Counted from the first letter of the stretch, positions 42,004-51,615 are shown. The stretch: DNA of 64,000 nucleotides from an uncultured Acidimicrobiales bacterium (GCA_963695075.1 CAVOFR010000007.1:1616904-1680903), one strand, 5' to 3'. Program-made: numbers and translations. Notes: a model not told the origin generated them from the letters alone.

Positions 42004-44736
42004 TCAGAGCTTGCGGACATCGACGCGATGGACGCGGTCGAACTGGACGGGCTGCCATTGCATCGGCATGAATCGCAGATGCCCCCAGCCGGTGGCCAGG
42101 TGAAGCCACTTGACCATCCCCGCCTCGATCTGCGTGCCGTCCCCCCAGCCGTCGAAACCGTAGGCCTCCCAGGCGGCGTACAGGATCACCTGGCCCGGCC
42201 GGGCGGCCGGCGAGAGGCGGACCCCGACGGTGAACCCGCCGATGTCGTTCTCCACCCGCACCAGCTCCTCCTCGGTGATGGCCCCGGCGGCGGCGTCAGC
42301 GGGGTTCATCACGAGCGTCGGGTGACCGCGGGTGGTCTGGAGAATGACGGGATTGGTGGCGTTGCAGGCGTGGATGCTCCAGCGGGGATGGCCGCCGGTG
42401 AGTACGAAGGGGTGGTTGCCGCCGATGGCCGGAGGCGACTTGTGCCGGGGGAGAGCTTCGTCGGCCTCGAGGAACCAGGGGTGATCGACGAAGAAGGTCG
42501 CCCGACCCGTCGTCGTCGAATAGGGCATGCCGTCCTCGACATGCCAGCGCAGGGCGCTGAAGGTCTCGTCGCCGCCGATCGGGCTGCCCATCCACCGTCC
42601 GATCGGCAGGCTCCCATTGCCCTCCACCCGCGCCCAACCGTGCTCGCGCATGCTCTCGAGCGACGTGCCGAGATCGAGCACGCCGGAAATGGCGGTGTCG
42701 CGAAGCAGCTCGTCGATCACGTCCTCGTCGTCGCGGAGGGCACCGTCGAAGTGGAACGCCGAGCCGACCTCGGCGAGGGGTCGCTCGCCTCCCCATCCGA
42801 CCATCCGGTCGCCCATTCCACGCTCGAGGGCTCGAGCGCCGATGGCGTCGGCGATATCGGCATAGATCTGCCAATCGGAGCGGGCCTCGCCGGCTGGTTC
42901 GACGGCCTGGTCCGAGAAGACCACTTCGAAGGAGTGCGAGATCGGATACTGGACGTTGACCCGCTCACCTTCGTGGGCCGCCGGGAGGACGATGTCGGCG
43001 TGGAGACCGGCCGAGTTGAATCTCTGGTCGATCGAGACGACCAGGTTCAGCTTGGGCCACAGGTTCTCGAGGAGCATTCGACCTCCACCGCGGGTGCGGC
43101 GCAGTGCGTTCGTGGCCCCTTCGATGAGGACGCGGGGCTCGATGTCGGGGCCGGGACGCCTGAACGGAGCCCATTCCGGCATGGCCTCCTCGAGGTACTC
43201 GCGAAATGGCCGGGGCGAGTCACCCCAGCTGACCTCGTCCCAGACCTCGCCATAGCCGCAGTGGTCGAGCCACAGGAAGAACGGCGGACTCGTGCTGCCG
43301 CTCATGGCGGCCATGCTCAGGAAGTCCCAGATGCCGGGCCGGGCCAGCGGCGGGGGCACACCCCCTTCCTCGTCGGCCTCGCCGAACGCCGCCCGCATGG
43401 CCGCCACCGCTCCCACGGCGAGCTCGACGCCGGTGCCGCCTTTCAGGTTCTGGAGATAGGTGCCGTCGAAAGGGAATGTCGAGTAGGTGTCGTGGCCGGC
43501 ACCCTTGCGCCCCCAGTTGCCCGTCAGGGCGAGGAGGAGATTCATCGACCGCTCCATGAGGTCGCCGTGGTAGTGCTTGGCGGTGTCGAACCCCTCGTGC
43601 AGTTTGGTGGCCCCGCCGGCCACCTTGCGAGCCAGCAGGCGGATGGTGTCGGGATGCACACCGCACACCTCGCCCGCCGCTTCGGGGCCGTAGTCGGCCA
43701 GCCGTTCGATGAGCAGATCGAAGACCGGTCGCACCTCGACCGAACTCCCGTCGGCCAGGGTCGCTTCGTATCGGCCGCGGAGCGCGGCGTCGCCCTCGAG
43801 GTGCAGGGTGTCCTCGGGTGCGACGGTGATGCCCCGGTCGGGGACCCACACGTGAAACCGCAGATCACCGCCACCCTCGACGACGTCGGCGCCGCGAAGC
43901 AGGCGTCCCGTGTCGGTTCTCACCAGCAACGCCATGTCGGTCTGCGTGCGGATGAAGGCTTCGTCGACCAGGCCCTCGTCCGCGATGACGTGACACATGC
44001 CGAGTGCGAGGGCGGCGTCGCTGCCCGGCACGACCGGCACGAAGTGGTCGGCGTGGACCGCGCTCGGGCTGTAGTCGGGGGCGATGAGGACGACCTCTGC
44101 ACCGCGGTATCGGGCTTCGGTGAGGTAGTGGAAGTACGGGATGCGGGTGTAAGCCGGATTGGCGTGCCAGATCAGAACGACGTCAGCGTGGAAGGTGTCG
44201 TCCGCGGTCGACCCGCCGACGATGTTGCCGAACGTCACATAGTGCCCGTGGGGGATGTCGTTGACGCTGGCGATCGCGTCCAGAGAAGTGGCCCCCAGGG
44301 TGTTGGCCAGACGTGACTGCCCGCCGATCGACAGAAGCCCACCCTCGGAGCTCTCGTCCACCAGGACCGCCATGGGTCCCGATTCCTCGACGGCGTCGCA
44401 GACCGCGTCGGCGATGTCGGTGAGGGCCTCGTCCCACGTGATCTGTTCCCACTGGCCACCGCCCCGCTCGCCGACCCGCCGCATGGGGTGCAGCAGGCGG
44501 TCACCGCCGTCGAGCTGGTGATGCCACGCGCCGCCCTTCTGGCAGCCCATGGGATTGCGATCGGGCACGCCTTGCTCGGTCGCGGGGAAGACGCCTGACT
44601 GCTCCTGGAACTCGATGGAACCGTCCGCGGTGTACACGCGATATGAACACGTCGAGAGGCAGTTGACGCAGTGCGTGCCCCAGGTGACACGCTCCCAGGC
44701 GAACCGGCTGCGATAGGAATTCTCCGTGGCGGTCAT
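42004..44736 (-). CDS. Molybdopterin oxidoreductase catalytic subunit, EBDH/S25DH-like, alpha-4 (orphan); no Tat signal
   Basis: ATG 44736 within ORF 42004..45366; the 210-aa upstream extension is low-complexity and overlaps the divergent ligase gene. Motifs: THCVNCLSTC..NPMGCQKG. Candidate Mo-ligand Asp160 in ASVNDIPHGHYVTFG. Confidence 0.85.
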   Translation of the reverse strand: MTATENSYRSRFAWERVTWGTHCVNCLSTCSYRVYTADGSIEFQEQSGVFPATEQGVPDRNPMGCQKGGAWHHQLDGGDRLLHPMRRVGERGGGQWEQITWDEALTDIADAVCDAVEESGPMAVLVDESSEGGLLSIGGQSRLANTLGATSLDAIASVNDIPHGHYVTFGNIVGGSTADDTFHADVVLIWHANPAYTRIPYFHYLTEARYRGAEVVLIAPDYSPSAVHADHFVPVVPGSDAALALGMCHVIADEGLVDEAFIRTQTDMALLVRTDTGRLLRGADVVEGGGDLRFHVWVPDRGITVAPEDTLHLEGDAALRGRYEATLADGSSVEVRPVFDLLIERLADYGPEAAGEVCGVHPDTIRLLARKVAGGATKLHEGFDTAKHYHGDLMERSMNLLLALTGNWGRKGAGHDTYSTFPFDGTYLQNLKGGTGVELAVGAVAAMRAAFGEADEEGGVPPPLARPGIWDFLSMAAMSGSTSPPFFLWLDHCGYGEVWDEVSWGDSPRPFREYLEEAMPEWAPFRRPGPDIEPRVLIEGATNALRRTRGGGRMLLENLWPKLNLVVSIDQRFNSAGLHADIVLPAAHEGERVNVQYPISHSFEVVFSDQAVEPAGEARSDWQIYADIADAIGARALERGMGDRMVGWGGERPLAEVGSAFHFDGALRDDEDVIDELLRDTAISGVLDLGTSLESMREHGWARVEGNGSLPIGRWMGSPIGGDETFSALRWHVEDGMPYSTTTGRATFFVDHPWFLEADEALPRHKSPPAIGGNHPFVLTGGHPRWSIHACNATNPVILQTTRGHPTLVMNPADAAAGAITEEELVRVENDIGGFTVGVRLSPAARPGQVILYAAWEAYGFDGWGDGTQIEAGMVKWLHLATGWGHLRFMPMQWQPVQFDRVHRVDVRKL

Positions 44737-44797
44737 GACGTGTCCCTTCCCGATCAGCTGCGATCGTAGGGCAGTTTCGAAGGTGCCACGGAAGGCT

Positions 44798-46414
44798 ATG
44801 GTCGGCGCGATGAACTGGCTCGAAATCCCCGATCCCGACGATCGGCTGCTCGGTCGTTGTCTGCGTCGACAGGCCGATGAGAACGGCGACACCGACTTCC
44901 TGATCGAGGACACGACCCATTTCACGTTCGCCCGAGCCAACGAGGTCGTCAACGGCTTCGCACGGGGTTTCGCCGAGTTGGGCGTATCGAAGGGCGATCC
45001 GGTCGCGTTCCTCATGGGGAGCGGCGCCGACGTCGTGTTCTCCGCTCTGGCGCTCAACAAGCTCGGAGCGATCTGGACCCCGGCCAATACCGAGTACAAG
45101 GGGGTCTGGCTGGAGGAGAACCTCCGAGCCGGCGGGGCGAAGCTCCTCGTGGCCGACGCCGACCTGCTGGCGAACGTGGCGGCGCTCGATTCCCTGCCGT
45201 TCGAACGAGTCCTCGTGCGCGGCGAGCCGCGGGTCGATCTCCCCGTTCCCGTCGAGCCGTTGGAGGCGTTCGCGGATCTGATCGGTGACGAACCGGACGA
45301 CAGCGACCTGCACAGCGGCGATCCCGCGTGCATCCAGTGGACCTCGGGAACGACTGGCCGCGCCAAGGGTGTGATCCAGAATCACAACGTGTGGATCCGA
45401 GCGGCGGACATCGGAGCGCGCACCGCCGGTCTACGCGAAGGTGACGTCATCCACAACTGCCTTCCGCTGTACCACTCCGGCGCCTGGGTGGCGAACATCT
45501 TCCGTGCGCTGGTCACCGGTGTCCCGTGTGGACTGGATCCGTCGTTCTCGGTGGGGGAGTTCTGGGATCGCACACGCCACTACGGGGCGACGATGGTGTT
45601 CACCCTCGGCGCGATGCACATGTTCCTGTGGAACCAGCCCGAACGCGACGACGACGCCGACAACCCCGTTCGTGTGGCCAGCTTCATCCCGCTGCCCGAA
45701 GACATGGTGCCCGGGTTCAAGGAGCGCTTCGGGATCGACGAGATCTTCCAGGGCTATGGCCAGAGCGAGTGCATGGCCTCGATCTCGCGGGTCCATGGCC
45801 GGACCTACAAGCCGAACTCGTTGGGCGAAGTGGTCGACGGTGTCGAGGTGGCATTGCTCGACGACCGTGATGTTCCCGTTGCCGTGGGCGAGACGGGCGA
45901 GCTGTGCATTCGCCCGACCGAGCCCGATGCCATCTTCAGCGGCTACTGGCAGAACCCTGCCGCCACCGTCGAAGCGTGGCGCAACCTGTGGTACCACAGC
46001 GGCGATCTGATGCGCTGCGACGCCGACGACGAGTACTTCTTCGTCGATCGCAAGCAGGACTTCATCCGCTACAAGGGTCGCAACATCTCCTCGTTCGCTG
46101 TCGAGGCGACGGTCAACGCGCACCCTGCTGTGGCCGAGTCGGCGGCGCACGGGGTGGTGTCCGCCGAGCTCGAAGCCGAAGCCGAGATGAAGGTCTGCGT
46201 GGTTCTCGTCGCCGGCGAGAGCCTGACCGCGGAGGAGCTGTGTCGGTTCGTCAATGACAACGCGCCCTACTTCTTCGTACCCCGCTATGTCGAGTTCATC
46301 GTCGAGCTGCCGCGAACCCCGACGGACCGGGTGCGCAAGTATCAGCTCAGGGAGCGCGGTGTCACCGCGGACACCTGGGACGGCATCGCGGCGGGATTCG
46401 AGATCAGGCGGTAG
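44798..46414 (+). CDS. Acyl-CoA synthetase (AMP-forming, full-length ANL enzyme)
   Basis: IQWTSGTTGRAKGV P-loop, GYGQSE, WYHSGDL..FFVDRKQDFIRYKGRNIS, C-terminal RVRKYQL. ATG 44798 after GAAGG; ATG 44810 is also possible. Confidence 0.85.
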   Translation: MVGAMNWLEIPDPDDRLLGRCLRRQADENGDTDFLIEDTTHFTFARANEVVNGFARGFAELGVSKGDPVAFLMGSGADVVFSALALNKLGAIWTPANTEYKGVWLEENLRAGGAKLLVADADLLANVAALDSLPFERVLVRGEPRVDLPVPVEPLEAFADLIGDEPDDSDLHSGDPACIQWTSGTTGRAKGVIQNHNVWIRAADIGARTAGLREGDVIHNCLPLYHSGAWVANIFRALVTGVPCGLDPSFSVGEFWDRTRHYGATMVFTLGAMHMFLWNQPERDDDADNPVRVASFIPLPEDMVPGFKERFGIDEIFQGYGQSECMASISRVHGRTYKPNSLGEVVDGVEVALLDDRDVPVAVGETGELCIRPTEPDAIFSGYWQNPAATVEAWRNLWYHSGDLMRCDADDEYFFVDRKQDFIRYKGRNISSFAVEATVNAHPAVAESAAHGVVSAELEAEAEMKVCVVLVAGESLTAEELCRFVNDNAPYFFVPRYVEFIVELPRTPTDRVRKYQLRERGVTADTWDGIAAGFEIRR

Positions 46415-48134
46415 TCCCGGGTTGGTCGGCCGCTCCCACCCCGAGGTTGAGCGGTACGTTTCCGAGGTTCTCGAGGAACCAATCGAGCGGTTGGGCCCGC
46501 CACCACGGGACATCCCGACATCCGAGATCCTCGGCGACCTCGACGGCGGTCAGATAGCCCGAGGCGAGATGCGTGGCGCCATAGGGGTGGATCGAGTTGG
46601 ACAGGTAGAGCCGTGGCAGGAAGCTGCGCGAAACCCCCCGGGTGATGATCCCGGGCAGCGGGCGGCTCTCGGCGTACTGCTCGGGGATCGCGCTGCCACC
46701 GATCATGTTGCCCCGGACCGCCGAGGGGTTGCCCATCTCCTGGTCGAGGGGGGTCATCACATGGCGTTCGACGATCTGGTTCGTGAACCCGGGTACGTAC
46801 TCCTCGAAGCGCGCCGTCACCGCGTCGGCCAGCGGCCCGGCGATACCCGGCCAGGCATCCCAACCGTCGAGGGCGGCGCCGCGCCACCGACGGGGGCAGG
46901 GCGGCACGCTGACCCAGAGGTAGGCGGTGTGGCACCCCACGGGGGCCTGGGTGGGGTCGGCGCGGGTCGGGATGAACCATCCGCCCATGAGCTCGTCGGG
47001 GATCAGGCCCTGTCCCAGCTGGGCGAAGCAGTGGCCCATCCCCGACAGTGTCTCACCGCCGAAATAGCCGACCCAGGAGCGCTGGACGCTGGCGTCATGA
47101 GCGGCGGAGGCGAAGACGGGGTCGCTGTCGAGGGCGTACATGACCGCGAACAGCTGCGGGTCGTCGTAGTTGAAGCGCTTCACGAGCCGGGAACGTTCCG
47201 CCCCGATGGTCTCCTCGCCGACCAGGTGGAGGAAGGTCGGGGCGAGCGTGAGGTTGGAGATGACCACGCGAGCGGTCACTCGTTCGCCGGGCCGTAGTGC
47301 ATCCGGCGCCAGTTCGACCCCGTAGGCCGAGTTGTCCTCCACGAGGATGCGCTCGACCGGGCAGGTACCCCAGATCTCACCGCCGTTGGCGACGACGCAC
47401 TTCACCAGGGAATGGGTCAGGGCATGGGAGCCACCCACCGCGGTGTGCACCGCCATCGGTTGCAGACCCGACAGGCTGAGGGCGAGCGGGCCCAGGCGCC
47501 GGTTGGTCGGCCACTGACCGGTGAACTCCCCGAGGGCTGCGGGAGTGGTGCGGACCTCCTCGGACTCGAAGAGCATCCCGAGCAGTTCCAGACCGCTCAT
47601 GCGCAGCACGTCGTCGCCGCTGAGGGGCAGCCCGAGACGATCCAACAGCCCGGCGTCGAAATCGGCCATGGCATCGAACACATCGGCGGTTGGCGGTCCG
47701 TAGAGCAGGCGGCGGTTCAGCGACAGGGTGTCGTCGAGGTGCTCGACCAGGTAGTCGGCGATCGTCGCCTGAACGCCGGCATCGTGGTCGGACGCCGCGG
47801 CGAGGCTCGCGGCGGTGATCTGGGGATCGAGGGCCTGCACCACGTTGCGTCCGGAGGAGAACGTCTTGGCGAACAGTACGTCGGTGCCCCGCAGGTGCAG
47901 TCCGGACGACTCGAGCTCGAGATCCGCCATGGCGGGGCTCATCGCGGGCACCAGCCACTGGGCATGGGTGTTGTGCAGGAAACCGGGCAGCCCCAGCTCG
48001 ACGGTGTCGCAATGCGCCCCGCACTGCCCCCTCGCCTCGAACACGGCCACGGCGAGTCCGGCCTTGGCCAGATAGGCGGCCGTCGTCAGTCCGTTGATTC
48101 CACCGCCGATGACGATGGCGTCATAGTCAGGCAA
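46404..48134 (-). CDS. FAD-dependent oxidoreductase, CrtI family (paralog F)
   Basis: YDAIVIGGGINGLTTAAYLAKAGLAVAVFEARGQCGA. C-terminal ..AEDLG..VPWW shared with paralogs D, E, G and H. Confidence 0.8.
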   Translation of the reverse strand: MPDYDAIVIGGGINGLTTAAYLAKAGLAVAVFEARGQCGAHCDTVELGLPGFLHNTHAQWLVPAMSPAMADLELESSGLHLRGTDVLFAKTFSSGRNVVQALDPQITAASLAAASDHDAGVQATIADYLVEHLDDTLSLNRRLLYGPPTADVFDAMADFDAGLLDRLGLPLSGDDVLRMSGLELLGMLFESEEVRTTPAALGEFTGQWPTNRRLGPLALSLSGLQPMAVHTAVGGSHALTHSLVKCVVANGGEIWGTCPVERILVEDNSAYGVELAPDALRPGERVTARVVISNLTLAPTFLHLVGEETIGAERSRLVKRFNYDDPQLFAVMYALDSDPVFASAAHDASVQRSWVGYFGGETLSGMGHCFAQLGQGLIPDELMGGWFIPTRADPTQAPVGCHTAYLWVSVPPCPRRWRGAALDGWDAWPGIAGPLADAVTARFEEYVPGFTNQIVERHVMTPLDQEMGNPSAVRGNMIGGSAIPEQYAESRPLPGIITRGVSRSFLPRLYLSNSIHPYGATHLASGYLTAVEVAEDLGCRDVPWWRAQPLDWFLENLGNVPLNLGVGAADQPGTTA

Positions 48135-49788
48135 GGTAGGTTCTCGTGTACTTGTCCATCTCGGGCGTGGGCTTCCACCAGCGCTCGACCCCGAGGTCGT
48201 CCGCGACCTTGTTGGCAGCCAGGTATCCCGGCCCGCCGATCACGAGCCCGCCGGGGTAGGTGGAGGCACCGCCGACGTACAGCCCCTCGATGGGCGTGTC
48301 GGTGCCCGAGCAGTCCTGGTTGGGTCGGTAGGCGCCCAGCTGCAGCGGGTTGTAGTCGCCGTGCTTGATCGATCCACGGCGCATGTTGGGCATGCGGATC
48401 TCGATGTCCTCCGGCGTCTCGGTCGCGGTCATCAAGATGTTGCCGGCTCCCATGTTCGGAGCCGCTCTGCGCCACTTCGCCAACATCGCCTCTTCGATCT
48501 CGGGCCGACGCGCCTCCCAGCCGCCGGCGATGTCGTAGGGCGCGTGCATCTGGAAGAACGACACGTGCTTGCCGGGCACGCGGCTGAGATGGGGATCGAA
48601 CTGCGTCTGCCAGGTGGTGTGGCCGCCGAAGGCGTCCATGTCGATCGCGCCCGCCTGGACCGCCTGCCAGTGGGCGAGCAGCTGGTCGGTGCTCTCGATA
48701 CCCACGATGGTCATGAAGCTGTCCCGAACCGAGGCGTCGCGGCAGTTGTACCCGGGGGGCTCGTCGGTGGCCACGTGCACCGTGGTGTAGCTCCACTTGT
48801 CGAGCTCCCAGCCCGATACGTCGTCCTCGAGATGCCCCGGCAGGTTCTCCGCGCCGACGAGATCGAGGAACGTCGTCTCTGGATCCAGGCTCGAGACGAC
48901 CACGTTGCTCGTGAGCGTGCGCCCCTCCCACAGCTCGACCCCTGTGACAGCACCGTCGTGGGTGGTGATCCGGTTGACCTGGGAGGAGTCGAGGATGCAG
49001 CCCCCGGCGCGGATGATCTCCTTGGCCAGCGACGAGGCCAGCTTGTGGGAGCCGCCCTGGCAGTAGGCCTTGTTCATGCCGCGGTCCAACAGGAGCGGCA
49101 CGAAGAACCCGACCCCGCTCTCGTCGGGGTCGAGACCCCACATGCACGTGGTGTACAGCAACAGGGCGCGTACCCTGTCGTCCTCGAAGTTCTCGGTGAT
49201 GATCTCGAGCGGGCTCTGTTCGCTGAGCTCGAGCAGAACTTCGCCGACCTCGGTGCGCTGCATGGCCTCGATCAGGTCCAGCGGTGCCATCGGTGGGATG
49301 TAGGTGGCAGGGGCGACGATCTCACGAGCGACCTTGCGCCAGGTCCGCATGATCTCGCCGAAGGCGACAGCGTCGCGCGTGGAGAACTTGTGGATCGAGT
49401 CGACCGTGTCCTCCAGCATGCGGGTGAGCTGCAGCGAGCTGCCGTCCTCGAAGACCATCGATGTCTGCTGGTTGGGTTTGATCCAGACGAGGCCGTGCTC
49501 GCTCAGCTCGAAGTCGCGCAGCACCGGCATGAAGTCGGTCATCATGTGGTAGACGGCGTGGATGTTGGAGTAGTACCCGGGAAAGAGGATCTCCTCGGTG
49601 GCCAGGCCACCACCTATCTCGTAGCGTCGTTCGACCAGCACCACCTTGAGGCCGGCTCGGGCCAGGTAGGCGGCGGTGATCAGGCCGTTGGGACCTGCAC
49701 CGATGACGACCACGTCCCACTCGCTCTCGATGGGGAACTCCGAGAAGAAGCTCTGGGGATGGGGTCGGCCGACCAGTTCCTTCGGCAT
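48127..49788 (-). CDS. FAD-dependent oxidoreductase, CrtI family (paralog E)
   Basis: The ATG at 49788 overlaps the stop of paralog D (ATGA). WDVVVIGAGPNGLITAAYLARAGLKVVLVERRYEIGGG. The stop overlaps the start of paralog F by 8 nt. Confidence 0.8.
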   Translation of the reverse strand: MPKELVGRPHPQSFFSEFPIESEWDVVVIGAGPNGLITAAYLARAGLKVVLVERRYEIGGGLATEEILFPGYYSNIHAVYHMMTDFMPVLRDFELSEHGLVWIKPNQQTSMVFEDGSSLQLTRMLEDTVDSIHKFSTRDAVAFGEIMRTWRKVAREIVAPATYIPPMAPLDLIEAMQRTEVGEVLLELSEQSPLEIITENFEDDRVRALLLYTTCMWGLDPDESGVGFFVPLLLDRGMNKAYCQGGSHKLASSLAKEIIRAGGCILDSSQVNRITTHDGAVTGVELWEGRTLTSNVVVSSLDPETTFLDLVGAENLPGHLEDDVSGWELDKWSYTTVHVATDEPPGYNCRDASVRDSFMTIVGIESTDQLLAHWQAVQAGAIDMDAFGGHTTWQTQFDPHLSRVPGKHVSFFQMHAPYDIAGGWEARRPEIEEAMLAKWRRAAPNMGAGNILMTATETPEDIEIRMPNMRRGSIKHGDYNPLQLGAYRPNQDCSGTDTPIEGLYVGGASTYPGGLVIGGPGYLAANKVADDLGVERWWKPTPEMDKYTRTYLA

Positions 49789-51533
49789 CAGCCCGCCACC
49801 GTCCATGCGTCGTTGGCGTTCGAACCGTGGGCGGAGCGCTTGCCCTCGGTCGGTATGTACCAGGGGGAGGCGTACCACCAGTCTCCCGGCTCGGCGACCT
49901 CGTCCTCGATGAGTATGTGCATCAGGTTGTAGGCGACCGCCATCAGGCAGAGGCCGCCGGGATGCGACGAGGACTGGTGGGCGAGGTACAACCCCTCGAT
50001 GCCCGGAACGCGGTTGCGGGAGAGCTCCGGAAGGGGTCGCTCGTTCCACCACTGGTCGCGGTCGCAACGGATGCCGTACCACGATCCGCCGAGCATGCCG
50101 GTGTTGCGCATCTCCTGCTCGTAGGGCGAGTCGGTGAACATGCGGATCAGATTGTCGTCATCCAGGTTCTCCACGATGCAGGCCAGGCTCGCCCGCATGA
50201 ACTCGGCCCAGCGCTTCTTCTCGTTCTCCTTGTCCATGGCATCCAGGCCGTCGACGTTGTACTCGGGCGTGGGGACCATCATCCACAGAGGTCCGTTGAT
50301 GTGTTGGCCCGGGCGGGTGCTCTGGGGGTTTGTGGGGTCGTACAGGGAGGCGGCCACCATGCCCCACATGGCCTCGTCGGGGGAGAGGGTGAGGTTCTCC
50401 TGGCGGCCGAGCACGTTCTCGACGTTCTTGAAGTAGATCTCGCGGGACTCCATGTTGAAGAAGGCGCCGGTGAACTGGTCGTTGGGAGGGGGTAGGCGGT
50501 ACTTCTCCCGGTAGCGGAACTCCTCATGGGTGAGGTAGTGCGACATGAAGAGGCTGCCGCCCTTGAGGCTGAGGTCGCGGATGCGCTGCAGGAATCCGGC
50601 GTCCAGGTGCCGGGGGCCGATCATGTCGAGGAACGTGTGCTTGATGTGGGCCGCGCTGATCACGGCCTTCCGGGCGTTGATGACCTTGGTTCCGAACGTG
50701 GAGTCGTCGCTGATGCGCACGCCGGTGGCACGGCCGTTGCTGATGATGATCTCCTCCACCGGGCAACAGGCGCGGAACACCGCGCCGTGGGCCGTCGCGC
50801 AGCGGAAGAGCGCATGGAAGTAGCCGTGCATGTTGCCCCGAGCGGCGACCGGCTTCGCGACCGCAGGGGGCATCACCGTGGCGGAACTGCACATGGCGGG
50901 GATGGCGACACCCTCCATGTGGCCGTGCGCTCCCGAGCTCAGAGCGATGTACGCCTGGGTCACCTTGAACGGCTCGGTGTCGAGGTACTCGTCCATGAGG
51001 TCGAACATGGTCATCTCGAGCAGTTCCGGAGTCCACACGTCGGGCTCGTACTGCTTGTAGACCTGCATGAACGGGATGTTGTACTCATCCAGTTCGACTT
51101 CGGCGGGGTGTGGGGGGCACCAGAAGGTGGCGCGCATGAGGTCGCGGAAGGCGTCGTCGCCCGCGAGCATGCAGGAGATCTTGGCCCAACCCATCATGTC
51201 CTTCTCGGTGACCTTGGAGAGCCCGTCACGGGTGAAGATGTAGCGGTCGGTGTTGAGCTCGACCTCGACGCGTGGGTCCCAGTCCATCCGGAAGCCGTAC
51301 TTCCAGAGCTCGAGCTGTTCCCATCCGGGAGCCGAGCCGCCGTAGTTGGCGATGGCGTGGGGCTGGATGCGCACCCCCGCGATGGGCTCGGTCGTCTCCT
51401 GGCCTCCACCGCACTCCGGGCGCTCCTCCAGCACGCAGACGCTGAGACCGGACTTCGCCAGGTAGGCGGCCGTGCTGGTGCCGTTGTGCCCGGCACCGAT
51501 GATCACCACATCGAAGGTCTCTTCCTTGGCCAT
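49788..51533 (-). CDS. FAD-dependent oxidoreductase, CrtI family (paralog D)
   Basis: ATG 51533 within ORF 49788..51665. FDVVIIGAGHNGTSTAAYLAKSGLSVCVLEERPECGGG. Confidence 0.8.
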   Translation of the reverse strand: MAKEETFDVVIIGAGHNGTSTAAYLAKSGLSVCVLEERPECGGGQETTEPIAGVRIQPHAIANYGGSAPGWEQLELWKYGFRMDWDPRVEVELNTDRYIFTRDGLSKVTEKDMMGWAKISCMLAGDDAFRDLMRATFWCPPHPAEVELDEYNIPFMQVYKQYEPDVWTPELLEMTMFDLMDEYLDTEPFKVTQAYIALSSGAHGHMEGVAIPAMCSSATVMPPAVAKPVAARGNMHGYFHALFRCATAHGAVFRACCPVEEIIISNGRATGVRISDDSTFGTKVINARKAVISAAHIKHTFLDMIGPRHLDAGFLQRIRDLSLKGGSLFMSHYLTHEEFRYREKYRLPPPNDQFTGAFFNMESREIYFKNVENVLGRQENLTLSPDEAMWGMVAASLYDPTNPQSTRPGQHINGPLWMMVPTPEYNVDGLDAMDKENEKKRWAEFMRASLACIVENLDDDNLIRMFTDSPYEQEMRNTGMLGGSWYGIRCDRDQWWNERPLPELSRNRVPGIEGLYLAHQSSSHPGGLCLMAVAYNLMHILIEDEVAEPGDWWYASPWYIPTEGKRSAHGSNANDAWTVAG

Positions 51534-51615
51534 CGTTGCCCCCTCGCCCGGAACCAGAGCTTGTATGGCTCCAGTATATGCGCCGAAAGCTTTCTGGGAA
51601 GGAACCTCGTCGGCC

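Noticed and set aside
36473-44316. Plus-strand ORFs 36473..38659 (728 aa) and 42028..44316 (762 aa).
   Set aside because: They are antisense to alpha-3 and alpha-4 and show the same low-complexity character.
44737-45366. 210-residue N-terminal extension of alpha-4 (track ORF 42004..45366, 1120 aa).
   Set aside because: The extension is Ser/Arg/Ala-rich and overlaps the well-supported divergent acyl-CoA synthetase gene. The conserved N-terminus MTATENSYRSRFAWERVTWGTHC matches the starts of the other three alphas.
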